Below, one piece after another: positions 25,401 through 37,946 of a stretch of 64,000 nucleotides of DNA (its first letter is position 1; each line of letters starts with the position of its first letter). Location: assembly GCA_904063045.1 (NCBI GenBank), contig CAJFCJ010000051.1, positions 13,231-77,230 of the forward strand. Direction: 5' to 3'. Under the pieces are notes generated by a model. That model ran no database searches, had not been told where the DNA came from, and was given only the letters and a program-made list of their open reading frames with translations. Made by a program: the position numbers and the translations under genes. The stretch is from Dimorphilus gyrociliatus (taxonomy: Eukaryota > Animalia > Annelida).

Positions 25401-28350
25401 TTTGATATTGGTATTGGTGATGAAGTTGATGTGGGTGCAAAATGGCTTGTTTCATTCTGGTTTTGATTATCAATTATCAATGTTGAATTGAGTTGTTCAT
25501 TTACTTCTGGTTCAACAAGTTGATCAAAATACATTTCTTTGATTTCAGCAATTACATCATTAAATATTTCAGCACCCTCCATACAATTGGGTTTAGTCTT
25601 TAGTACTTGATAAATGACATATGGTAAGGAATTCTCCACTTGTCCCCAACTTGCAGGAGTTTTAAGAAGAGGTTTTAAATAAAAAAATTGATTTAAGTCA
25701 ATTTGTTCTTTGCAATAATTCTTGATCTCAGTATAGACATTCTCTTGAAATTCCTCAAAGTGAAGTTTGATTCTGTTATATAGCTTTTTGTGTTCATAAA
25801 TTTTTAAATTTCCAAGTAATGGATAACTCAAAATATGACTATTGAAAAGAGTCTCAAAAGATTTTCCAAAATTATTGTTCATTGAATTAAAAACAATTAA
25901 TAGAATATGCTTGATTTGTATCAAGAGACTATTATAAGTAAAACTTGTAAATGTTGGGTTAATTTTTTCTGGATGGGGATATCTTTGAAAAGTCATATTC
26001 AGTAGCTGAGGAAAGGAAAAAACACTCTCAACATATTGAACAAAAAGCAACAAAAAATAAGCATTTTTAAACAATAAATATATAATGAAATTTTGTAAAT
26101 AGATTTGTTTTTGGCGTATGGAAATTAATCTATGTACAAACTTTCTAAATAAATTAGTTTTTAACATGACGAATGTTATTATATACAGCCTATGTTGAGT
26201 AGATTGGCAAAAAATTTTACGTTGCCATAACTTTGGAACCATAGCAGATAATTGAATTCTGTAAAAAGATTTAGAATCGGCATACCCATATTACTATAGA
26301 TACCAAATTTCAGAGCTCTATCTTACTTAACACCAGAGTTAAGTTGTACATGACGAATATTTAAAATAGGCCTATAAAAATTTTTTTATCAAAAGTGAAC
26401 GTTCCATAACTTTTGAACAATAAGAGATAATTGAATTCTGTAAAAAGATTTAAAATCAGTGTCATAATATTAGTGTATATACCGAATTTCAAATCTCTAT
26501 CTTAATTATTAAGGGAATTAAAATTTTTGTGACAAAAATAAAATATAGGCTGATATATGATATACTGTCCAAAAGTAACTTATCACTCTTGATAGAAATT
26601 ATCAATAATTGAAAGGGAAATAATTGTTAAGAATTATTAAAAAGCAATAGACAATAATCTATATATTTTTATAGATACAAACTTACAAAAATTAATTACA
26701 AACAATGAAATTAAATGGGGTAAATTAACAAATTTACTTACATTTTGTTGTGTTCTATAGCAGACAGAGTGACCAAATAACATTGAGTTCGTAAGATTTT
26801 AACTACTTAACAGACACCTCAGCAGTACATTTTTTTTTAATATATTGCTCAAAAAAGGGTTCATACTAAACTTTGACACACTGTCGCTCAGAAATGGTGA
26901 GAGATAATTGATTTCTGTAAACAGATTTGGAATCGGCATACCCAAATTACTATATATACTGAATTTCAAAGCTCTAACTTGAATATTAAGAAAAAAAGTT
27001 TTTTTCTGACGAATATTTATGTTATATATAAGGTTATACAGTGTTTATATATAGCATTCATAGAAAACACTAGATCTCAGCAACTACTGGGCCGATTTTG
27101 ATCAAATTTGAACCAAAATCATTGTCAGAAAAAGTTATTGGCTGTTGGCAATACATTCGTTATATCAAAAACATATTTCCAACTGAAAAAATAATATTAT
27201 TGGTAATGAATTGTATAAAGAAAATGTAATAAAGTCCATCACAAAAACTGTGAAAGATAATTGATTTCTGTAAAAAAAATTTATGATTGGCATAATAATA
27301 TCAGGTTAAGTACAATTAAAAAGATATAATTAATTATTTCCTGTTGAAAAAATATTTGTAAATATTATTGAAAATTCTGTAAGTGTTTGGAGAAAACTAT
27401 GCAGTACATGGTATAAGTTTAAATATAGGATTGGTTGTTGTACACTATCTAATCACATAAAGATATATATATCTTCAACCATAAGATATATATATATATA
27501 TATAAATTATTACAGACTGAAGGGATTATGTATTTATATTAAATAAATAATTTACAATAAACAAAACAAATATATAGCCTCCTTGAAAATATCATTTATA
27601 CAGTGTATATTGCCTTATATTGAGTATGTAGAACAGACTTTCAATGTTGCCATAACTTCTAAACCATTGGACATAATTAAAATCTGTAAAAAGATTTGAG
27701 ATCATTATATCAATGTTAATGTATGTACCAAATTTCAGCCGTCCATATCAATTAATAGCAAATTTAGTTTTCACTTGCCGAATGTTAAATATATTGGCTT
27801 GGATAATTTTTTTTAACGTTGCCATAACTCTTCAACCATAAGAGATAATTGAATTCTGTAAAAAGATTTGAGATCTGTATAATGGTATTATTCTATATTC
27901 CAAATTTCAAAGCTCTGTGTATACTGAAAGCAAAGGTAATTGTTAAAAGAAAAATACAATTTATGGTTAAACATTAAAAGATAAAAACAGTTGGATAAAA
28001 TATGAAGAAAATAAGTGTGATATATTACCAAACTTTATATATGTATGCATATTATTTATATACTAAAATGTAAAGAATAATAATACAACTGTTTTTACTT
28101 TTACTTTTTAAAATATTTATAAAATGCAGGTCCATATTAGTAGTTCATAATTCAATTTTGTAAAGAGATTTAGTATCAGCAAAAAGACATAAAACTATGT
28201 GATAAATAACAAAATTGTGCTTAAAATAATAAGAATATTAAACATTTTATGACGAATGTTTGTAATGGAACTGTTAAAAAATAGAGTTCATTGAAAATCA
28301 GATCTCAGCAACTACTTGGCCGATTTTAATGAAATTTGAAGCAAAATTAT
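22430..28350. repeat. Degenerate dispersed/tandem repeat with two alternating motifs
   Basis: Motif 1 (CCATAACTTTGGAACCATAAGAGATAATTGAATTCTGTAAAAAGATTTGAG) occurs about 13 times. Motif 2 (CCATATCTCAGCAACTACTGGGCCGATTTTGATCAAATTTGAA) occurs about 7 times. Local period is ~360 bp. The array is interrupted by the 24.8-26.0 kb ORF. Confidence 0.8.
24800..25996 (-). pseudogene. Element-borne ORF (conserved N-domain + SGNH-like domain) with one in-frame TAA
   Basis: ORFs 25289-26242 and 24800-25225 are in one frame, separated only by TAA at 25289-25291. The likely ATG at 25996 follows an acceptor. N-domain is paralogous to 49878-51410; C-domain has VIISDYF and LLVEWPL. Confidence 0.7.
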
Positions 28351-28630
28351 TGTCAAGATGATTACAAATCAGATAAAAGTCAAACAAATTTGTAAAGTGA
28401 TTATTACAATGCAAAAAATTAATTTTTATCAATATATCAAGTACTTTTTCAGAGTTATGCCCTAGGTATATTGTATTGTATTTTTTATGCATATGTTTTA
28501 AATATGTTATATGAAACAAAAAGTAATAAATGATTATTTCAATTAATAATACTTTGAGATTATTTCATTTAAGATGATCAAAGCATTTAGAAAATTGAAA
28601 AGTGAAAGTTAATTTATATATCACCAACAA

Positions 28631-31600
28631 GAATACGACAGAAGTCGCCCAGGGCAGAAGTCGCCCAGGACAGAAGTCGCCCAGACATTGATAGAAGTCA
28701 CCCAGAGCTGTGACAGAAGTCGCCCAGAAGTGTGATAGAAGTCACCCAGGACTATGACAGAAGTCGCCCAGAAGTGTACTAGAAGTTTACAGTATGCTTA
28801 ATAAAATGCAAAATATATGAAAATAATTTATGAAGTAGTTTGTATTTATTATTTGTAATCTCTGAGTGATAATGAAAGAAATTGTTTTACCAGTTTTTTT
28901 TGTAGAGTAATGTTTTACCACTTGATTTGTTGTGAAAATTGAATTGTTAGCTATTCGAATTAAGTGATTTTCTGCATTGTAATCCTTCAAAAGTAACAAT
29001 TGTTTTGATAAAAATATTAGTCTCTTTAAAATCATGTATATATCTTACAATTTTTTTTTAATTCTCATGATCTTTGACATAACAGGTATTTGAAAGAAAT
29101 TTATCAACATGGCAAAATTCTGCTTTGAATGTAGAAAAAAAATTAATAAACTAAAACAAGGAACATGTTCTCATTGTTCTCACAAACTTCATTGGACATG
29201 CTTATCAGGTTAGATTTTTCATATTTAAATCTTAATGTTTATGTTTAATTTTGTTAGATGGATTATGCTCCATTTGCTCATCTATTCAAATCAGAAGTTT
29301 GAAAATTGTTTTGAGAAGGTGTGATAATAGTTGTACAATCAAAGATGCAACTAAAGAATCTACTATTGAGGGAAATATTAAAGAGCCAATAAAAAATGCT
29401 GTAGAGAAAGATAAGACATTAGCAAACATTACGGTTACTTCTATGGATGTTGATCATGAACAAGTTGTTTCTCATTTCTCAGCAGATGCTATTGAAGCAA
29501 ATGAGCTACCTTTAAAAGACATGAACACAGATGAAATCAACTGTGCTGCATCAACTATGGAGGCAACTTTGGATGATGAGAGAATACCAACTGTTGAAGA
29601 TGTTGAGGATTCCTTTGAAAGTTTACCAGAGGAGATTGATGAGGCAGATGGTCATTTCAAAGTATTTGAAAATGGAAGTCAAAGAGAAAAAAAGTTGCTT
29701 GTACACAATAATAATTCTTTTACTATAAAAGGACAGTACAAAAGTAGTACTATTTGGATATGTAGTGTCAGGAACAAGAAAATCAGATGCCCTGCCAGTA
29801 TAATTCAAAGAGGTAGCAATTTTCACTTAGGTTCTAAATCACACATTCATCCACCTAAAAAAAACTTAGAGCAAAACATTGAAATTAAACTGACAGCAAA
29901 ACAAAGTGGAAAATGTAATATTAATGTAAGTGGAAAAAGATTAGCTGAAAATGCTATACTCCCATATGCAAATATGGGCAATATCTTGAAGGTAGATACT
30001 TGTAAAGAAATGATTAATTACCATAGAAGAAAAACTCAGCCTACTGAACCTATTGGAAGAAATTTTCTTTTAAATAATACTTTCATACCAGATGATTTTT
30101 TAAGAAAAGATATTTTTGAAAATGGTGAAAGAATCATTATTTTCTCCACATTGAAGCAACTCAATCTGCTTTCAGTTTCAAAAATTTGGTATGTGGATGG
30201 AACTTTTAGCATTGTAAAACAACCTTTCAAACAGCTGTTTTCTATTCATTCATTTTTGAAGAAAGAGGGAGCATTAAAACAAGTTCCTCTACTCTTTGCT
30301 TTTATGACATCAAAGAAGAAAAAAGCATACAATATTTTGTTTAGGGTAAGGGTATTTATAAAAATACAATTTTTTCAAAGTAAATAACATTTTATTAACA
30401 GACACTAAATGAACTTTTGGAATACAAAACACCAAAGAAAATTGTTCTGGACTATGAAAGAGCAGTATGGAAAGCTGCATTAGACAATTGGGAAAGTGTT
30501 ACACTAACAGGCTGTTTATTCCATTGGAATCAAGCTGTTTACAGAAAAATTCAGGTGAAAATGAGGCTATTTTTATATAAGATGATTTACTCTACATTTT
30601 TTGTTTTAATAGGAACTTGGATATTCATCAGACTTTAAAAAAAAAAGAGGACAGTGGTTTGAAATGAGGCAGCTTATGGCATTACCATTTCTTCCATTTC
30701 ACATAATTCCAATAGAATTTGGAAGAATTAAGGATTACCTTCAATCAGTAAAAAAACTAGGTGATCTAATAAAGTACTTTGAAAGGAATTGGATGATGGA
30801 TAGAATTTGGTCACCAAAGCAATGGTCAATTTATAAAAATGCTATTAGAACTAATAATGATGTGGAGGGGTTCCATAATCGGCTAAATGGCAATTTAAGA
30901 GCAAATTCTTCATTCTATTTGGTAGTAGATGAATTAAAACGAGAGGCAGATCTTATCCCAGCATATCAAAGAATGCTATCAGAGAGAAAGATATTAAGAT
31001 ATCAAAGAAGACAATATAAAAATATGCAGAATGAAATATTTAAAATTTGGGAGAAATTTGAAGCTCATCAGATGACTTCATCACAAGTTTTGGAAAAATG
31101 TTGTCAACTCTACTCAGAAATGAAATGAAATGCATAAGATTTGTAGTTTAAAACTCATTACTGTACTTTGTAGTGTTGTTGTCAACATGTTTGGTTATGT
31201 AATATCTTATCTTTTGCCTATAAAAGGGCTTGATTCTGGTAGTTCGGTACCATCTACCCTAGAGGCAACATCTACTCTACTACTTCTAGCATCATGTGGT
31301 GGGTACCATTAATATCATATCTACAATTTTTTTATTGTCATGATCTTTGACATAAGAGGTATTTGAAAGAAATTGATGAACATGGCAAAATTCTGCTTTG
31401 AATGTAGAAACAAATTTAATAAATTAAATGAAATGCATAAGATTTTTAGTTTAAAACTCAATACTGTACTTTGTATTGTGATTGTGGGAATTTTCTGCTG
31501 TACTGATCCAAATAGAACCTCAAGTTTGTGCACAAGTTTAAGCAAATAAATGATATTTATGTGAAACCTTCAACAGAATGCCAGTATTTTATTATTTAAT

Positions 31601-31844
31601 TCATTCACTATTTAGTTATTATTAAATGATGCATTCTATATTTATTAATACTTATTATATATTTCAATTGTCAGAAATCAATAGAAACAAAGAACAAACA
31701 CATTATGTCTTCTACAGTTCTAGGCGACTTCTGTCATAGTCCTGGGCGACTTCTATCACAGTTCTGGGCGACTTCTGTCACAGCTCTGGGCGACTTCTAT
31801 CAATTTCTGGGCGACTTCTGCCCTGGGCGACTTCTGTTGTTCCC
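28631..31844 (+). mobile_element. Mutator-like DNA transposon (MULE), full length
   Basis: 9-bp TSD CACCAACAA at 28622-28630 and 31845-31853. TIRs are built from tandem AGAAGTCGCCCAG units, and a transposase lies inside. Confidence 0.95.
29109..31128 (+). CDS. MULE transposase, PHD + FLYWCH + DDE, 618 aa
   Basis: Exons 29109-29208, 29258-30345, 30402-30554 and 30613-31128 join in frame. Motifs: WYVDGTF, VLDYE, GCLFHW, TNNDVEGFH, plus an N-terminal C4HC3 pattern. Confidence 0.9.
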
Positions 31845-32074
31845 CACCAACAAGCACAATAGGACACATGAACCTATTATTGTTTTCTTCTGATGGCAAG
31901 CACTGTACATCAAACAATAACATATTACATAAGAGAAATACCTTGAGAAGTCCCCCATTCACTATTCATAATTGAATTAATCAAACACTAAACATAAAAA
32001 CAAATGTAAACAAAAACCTTTCAGTTTAAACTTGGACTTTGTCAAAGATTGACATTAATTCTTAAAAGAATATT

Positions 32075-33586
32075 ATGGATAATCAATGGGTTATACCCTC
32101 TTCAAAATACCACAAAGATGTAGAATATAATATTGCAAATTTAAAACATCAGTTAAATTATATATTTTCAACTGACTACAATATAAAATATTCAAAATCC
32201 CATATAAACTTGGAAAATCTTTTAACAACACATGTCAACCAATACAGATTGCTTGGTGGCACAACAATTAAAAAAATGAATGAAGATGAAGAAGGTTTTG
32301 AGGATTTGAAAAATGGTATTTCAAAATTAATCAAAATTTCAAAGAAAAGCATGAAAAAATACATTCAAAGTAATATGGATTTTTCAAAATATGTTCATTT
32401 ACCAAAATTAATGGAAGTAATTAAGGAAGAAAAAGAATTTAAAGAAATTTTGGACTTGTGTGAAAAAAATATTTATAGAAAAAATAAAAAGTGTCTTTAA
32501 AAATATGGTGAAAAAAAAGAAAAAATTTGCTTAAGTGTGAAAAAAGAATTATTAACATTTTATAGAAAAGTACATAAATTGGAAGAAGAGATTATACCAC
32601 AACAAGAAAACAATACTACAACAGAAAGAGAAATTGATCAATCAACAAGACCAGTTCCAATAATAGCAACAGAAGAAATTCCACAAACATCAACTATTGC
32701 AGACAACACTATTGCTACAACACTAAGAAAACAAACTGCAATAACTACAACAAGTGATGAAGAAATTATTGAAGCTGCAGCCAGAGCAGAAGCAGCAACA
32801 ACAGCATCAGCAGACACTGGAACAACTCTTCAAATAAGTGATTGTAATGCAGTCAATTATACACAAATGGATATTGGTTTATTAGAAGAATTGGGTATTA
32901 ATTTAGAAATTGGCCAAGAAATTGAGATGGAAGAGATAAATGAAGAAGAAGAAGAAGAAGAAGAAGAAATAGTAGATAAATTCTACATTGATTTACAAAA
33001 AAAAAATGAAAGAAAAATAGAGGTAGGTAATATGTTGATTGTTCAAAGAACTAATAATATTATTGTAGACACTGGTTCTTTAAATATAATTGATAAAACA
33101 CAAAAAATATTTCTCAGAAAGGTAAAACCACAATTTACAAATGTTACTGATTATACCATTCTTACAGATCAATTTATTAAGTTAGGTGATAAAAAATGGG
33201 AAAAGGTACAATCTATGATTAAAACAGAAAAAAAAATACAAATATTTTGTATTGAAGATTTAAAAATGGATGATTCACTTCCAATTATAACTGGTTGGAA
33301 ATTAATCACCAGTAATCTTTTTATATATTTAAAGAATATTCCAAAAGACATAGACATAAAAAAAATTGTTAAGCAGTTACCTTTTTCCAAAAATAATTTG
33401 TGTTTTACAAAAAAAACTTTTGACAAAGAAATTTGTCAAAATTTGAAAGTCATGGGATGTAAGTTATTAAATCATCCCAATGAAATATTCAAAAAAGAGG
33501 AAACTCTTGTTATTAGATTGCTTAAAGAATTAATGTCTGCTGTTAAATGTTATTATGTTGTTCAAAAATATTTGCTTTGTTTTTAG
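32075..33586 (+). pseudogene. Element-borne ORF (conserved N-domain + SGNH-like domain) with one in-frame TAA
   Basis: 32075-32500 and 32537-33586 are in one frame, separated by TAA at 32498-32500 and 12 sense codons. Shared motifs: ANLKHQLNYIF, DFSKYVHLPKLM, TILTD, IITGWKL. Confidence 0.7.
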
Positions 33587-34106
33587 GCATTTGTATTAGT
33601 TATATATAAATTTATATCTATATTGTAATCTGTTTCATTTTATCTGTTTCATTTTTTAAATGTATATATTTTGGTTTGTTTGAAAATAATAAAAAAACTT
33701 TAAAATACAAAAGATAGTAATTATTCAATTTTATTATTTATCAATATTTTTTTCGTCAGGCTTTTACTTTCACTAAAAAAATTTCACTTTCACTGAAAAA
33801 TTTTTTACAGGTTAATGTTTTTCTTTTCATGTGGGAAAATATTTCCAATTAGAATTTATAATAGTATTATAATGACTTAAGACTGTTTTAAATTTTGTAA
33901 ATATATATATATATATATATATCTTTAGATAATATCATTAGTATCCTGTATAATGTTAATTAACATGTGTATATTTATGCATTTTCTTGATAGTTAAATG
34001 AATCAACTGAAATGGTATATATTGTGTTTGGTATCTAAATTATTGTTTTTATTTATATAATAATTATATATTGATTCAATGTTACAAATACTGTATATAT
34101 TAAAAT

Positions 34107-34210
34107 GGGTTCAGGGACAGTTCGCCCCTGGACAGTTCACCCCATTTTAGAGACAGTTCGCCCCATTTTAAGGGACAGTTCGCCCTATTTTAGGTGACAG
34201 TTCGCCCCAT
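34107..34210 (+). mobile_element. Solo MULE-type terminal repeat array
   Basis: GGGTTC followed by five GACAGTTCGCCCC-like units, the same style as the TIRs of the two complete MULEs. No inverted partner is seen in the window. Confidence 0.6.
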
Positions 34211-35019
34211 ATGTTAAAGGATAGCTGACATACTTTTTTGCTCTTCTTTATAACTTTTGAAGATAAGATATGAGATATAAATGATAAATGAATGATATTT
34301 AGTAATTCTATTTGTATTATCAAGATGGAAATAACTAAGAAAACAAGTACATGATGTAAAATGTAAAATGAAATGTTATGCAATATTCAACTGAACTAAA
34401 TGATTCAAAAGATCAGGGTTAGGTCTTGGGGTTAGGGATTAGCACAATCAGTACAGACTGGTAATCCCAAAAGTGCACACACACTTATAACCAAGCTTTG
34501 GGTAAGGGTTGGTGTAGCTATTGAGGAGTTGCTATCTTGAGTAGCAATTCCCCAGCCTAAGCTGTAACTGTATCTCCAACAAAACCACGTACAAATTCTC
34601 CACAAGGGTGAAGAGAACCTGTATTTCGCAACTAAAACAATTCACCAATTAAAAAATCCTCACAATATTTCGGAGGTATTCCTCCTTTATCAAGTGAGAG
34701 GGGAAAAGTGGCTGGTTAGATTGCCACCAGACTGATCTCTGAGAGGCTTACTATACCTTAGGATAGGTACTGGGTCAATCCCACACTTTATCTCGCAACA
34801 AATCACCTATTTGGTGGTCAGTAAAGCAAGTCGACCACTGACGAAAGTTGAAATTTCAACTTGCTCCGATCGTTATGAAATTTTACACAGTGCTAGATCT
34901 AATTGAACTGAGCAACTGTGCAAAATTTGAACGAAATCGGCCCAGCGGTTGCGGAGCTATGGAGCTTTGAAGTTAACGGTGGTAGGTGAGGATGGCTGAC
35001 TGGCAGCCTTAGACTCTAT

Positions 35020-37946
35020 GGGGGTCATGGAAAACGTCCACAATGGAAAACGTCCACAATGGAAAACGTCCACAAATTTATGGAAAACGTCCACAGACAA
35101 TATGGAAAATGTCCACACAAATATGGAAAATGTCCACAGATTAAATGGAAAACGTCCACAAGTAAAATGGAAAACGTCCACAGCTGAAATAGCAAATGTG
35201 CACAACTTTAATAGAAAGAATTTTCTTAACATAAAACCAAAAAAAATATTTACAACAAAGAACTTGAAAATTAATTGATAAAGGATTAGTGAGATATCTT
35301 AAAAGTATAAGAAAAATATTCATTTTATACCAGTTTTCTTTTCTAGTTATATCTACTTCCTGTTTTTTTAAGCTGTTTACTTTTGAGGAAAATTCATTGA
35401 AACTGCTTTAAAACTGGTGTTATATATGTGTAATAATTGTAAGTATTATTTTTCTTTATTTATCATAATGTATTATTATTAATTGGCAGGTAAAAAGTAG
35501 CGAATTTTGAATTAAATGAATGTTTTAAATGTAGCATTACATCAGGATTCAAAATGGCAGCATGCAAAAGTTGTAACAAACACTTTTGTGGAAAGGAAAA
35601 GCAAATGAAATGTGTACTATGCAAATACATATTCCATGTCAAATGTATTGAAGGTCAGACTCTGTGAATAATTTCAGTTTCACATTTTAAATATTACTTT
35701 TTAAATAGGAAAATATTGCACTCAATGCAAAGAAATAAACAATAAAGAAGTTATTATACAACTGAATAGATGCAAATTCAAAAAAACTCAGCAGAATGAA
35801 TTGAATGAAAGTAGTGCTATGCAAATGATAATGCCACCATCACAAATTGCACCTCAAGAGGAAGACATTAATGACAAATTTACTTCTCCAAAACCATCTG
35901 ATATTAATTTTTCCTTTCATTTTGGAGTTTATCAAGAGCACAGGATAGCAGATGAAATGGTTAATGATGAAGAACATATTGCAGATTTTTCTAGTGAATA
36001 TGCAGTGTCAACAGAAATTCCAGAAACAGTACCTGACTTTTGCAATGAAGTGGAAATTTCAACTGAAAATGATCAAGTATTTGAAAAAAGCATGTGTGAT
36101 GAAATTGAGCCATTCAAAATTCTTGAAAAGGCAAGTGCTAAAGGGAAAAATGTGTTGATACATAATGGATATTGGTATACATTAAAGTGTAATCGTGGTG
36201 AAACAACATACTGGACTTGTGGTGTAAGAACAAAGAAGCAAAAGTGCAAAGCTGCAATTACTGAATTGAATTACTCCTATACATTATCTAAAGCTGAGCA
36301 CTTTCACAGTCCTGTTAAAGACATTGAAAATAAACTTATTTTGAAAAAGAATGTCAGGGAGAAAGGCAAAGTTAATGTTCATCAAAATGGGAGAAGCATT
36401 GCAGAGGAAACTCTAATTGAATTCAACAAAAATGAATCTTTACCATCAATAAAATCTTGCATTGAAGTTGTTAACTATCACAAAAGAAAAAATAGACCAA
36501 AAGAGCCTACTGGTTTAAGATTTATTATAAAGCAAATGTTCTTACCAGAAAACTTCTTGAAAGTGGATATTTTTGAAAAGCAAACAAGAGTAGTAATATT
36601 TGCAACAGACCATCAACTTAATCTTTTACAATCAACAAATATTTGGTTCCTTGATGGAACATTCAAACCTGCAAATGATCCATTCAAGCAATTATACTCC
36701 ATTCATGGATTTCTAAAAAAAGATTCAGAATTGAAACAAGTCCCTCTCTTATTTGCATTCTGCTCATCCAAGAAAAAATCAGCTTATAAAATTATATTCA
36801 AGGTAAATAAGATAAATTCAAAATGTATTTCTTTAAATACTGTTAATATTTTATAGGCTGTTTTTAAACTGACTAATGGATTTCAACCAAAAACTGCCAT
36901 GCTAGATTTTGAAGAGAGTGCATGGAGAGCTATGAGTGAATTAGCACCTGATGTTAACATAATTGGATGTCTTTTTCACTGGTGTCAAGCAATTTACAGA
37001 AAGATTGGGGTAATGTATAAATAAAAAGTTTTTTATAACTTTTTAATAGTTTTTATTCAATCATTTATTAATAATAGGAGCTTGGACATCAATCACAATA
37101 TAAAAATCGCACAGGAGAATGGTTTGCAATGAGACTACTCCTCTCTCTACCATTTCTACCATCAGATCACATCAAACATCAATTTGAAAGTATAAAAGAT
37201 TATCTGCAAGAATGTAATGAGTTATCTCAACTGATTTCTTACATTCAAAATACATGGATTGATAGTACAATTTGGCCTCCATCAGCTTGGTCATGTTTCA
37301 AAAGAGCAATTCGCACAAACAATGATCTGGAAGGCTTCCATCAAAAATTTAACTCATCTTTTGGGAATAGAACATCATTTTACACAATTGTTCAAAAGTT
37401 GAAACATGAAGCAGATCTAATCAATGTGTTTGAAAAGCTTCTATCTGAAAAGAAAATCTGCAGAAATCAGAGAAAAACTTATAAGCATCTACAAAAAAAA
37501 ATCTTTGAAGCTTGGGAAAGTTTTGAAAGATCTGAAATGAATGTTTCTCAACTACTGCAACTTTGTTGTTCAATTTATCATCCATAATGTGTGATTTTTG
37601 AAGTTTAAAATGTTAGTTTCTAGCACTGTTTACTTTACTTTTCTTGTAATGTAACATTTTACAATTAGTTGCTAAATACATTTTCATAAGTTTGATAAGT
37701 TCTGGTGTACATAAAAATTTATCAATAACTTTATTTAAATATTCATTTATAATATACATTTACCTAAGAATTACACTTTTTCTCTTTTAAAGATATTTGT
37801 AGTGGTTGTGGACGTTTTCCATATATTTGTGGACATTTTCCATATTTCTGTGGACGTTTTCCATATTGTCTGTGGACGTTTTCCATAAATTTGTGGACGT
37901 TTTTCATTGTGGACGTTTTCCATTGTGGACGTTTTCCATGACATCC
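35020..37946 (+). mobile_element. Mutator-like DNA transposon (MULE), full length
   Basis: 9-bp TSD AGACTCTAT at 35011-35019 and 37947-37955. TIRs are made of tandem ATGGAAAACGTCCACA units. Confidence 0.95.
35554..37587 (+). CDS. MULE transposase, PHD + FLYWCH + DDE, 618 aa
   Basis: Exons 35554-35653, 35709-36802, 36857-37009 and 37078-37587 join in frame. Motifs: WFLDGTF, MLDFE, GCLFHW, TNNDLEGFH. Confidence 0.9.

Larger units (their letters stand above)
21606..34100 (-). mobile_element. Second, decayed Terminon-like unit lacking a visible RT
   Basis: Starts at a telomere-like junction with a hammerhead repeat. Carries two divergent ORFs paralogous to those of the 39-58 kb element and is interrupted by a MULE. 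The distal boundary is uncertain. Confidence 0.45.

Noticed and set aside
28640-28785. CRISPR-like short repeats with variable spacers (also at 31715-31840 and 35025-35175)
   Set aside because: They are inverted at the far end of each element and bounded by 9-bp TSDs, so they are MULE TIR subrepeats. The context is eukaryotic and no cas genes are present.
24800-33586. Alternative genetic code (TAA as a sense codon)
   Set aside because: Neighbouring long ORFs, including the RT and MULE 2 transposase, end normally at TAA and contain no internal stops.
34838-34862. CTGACGA followed by the perfect palindrome AAGTTGAAATTTCAACTT, as a seventh hammerhead
   Set aside because: No GAAA after the hairpin and no stem I or III closure.
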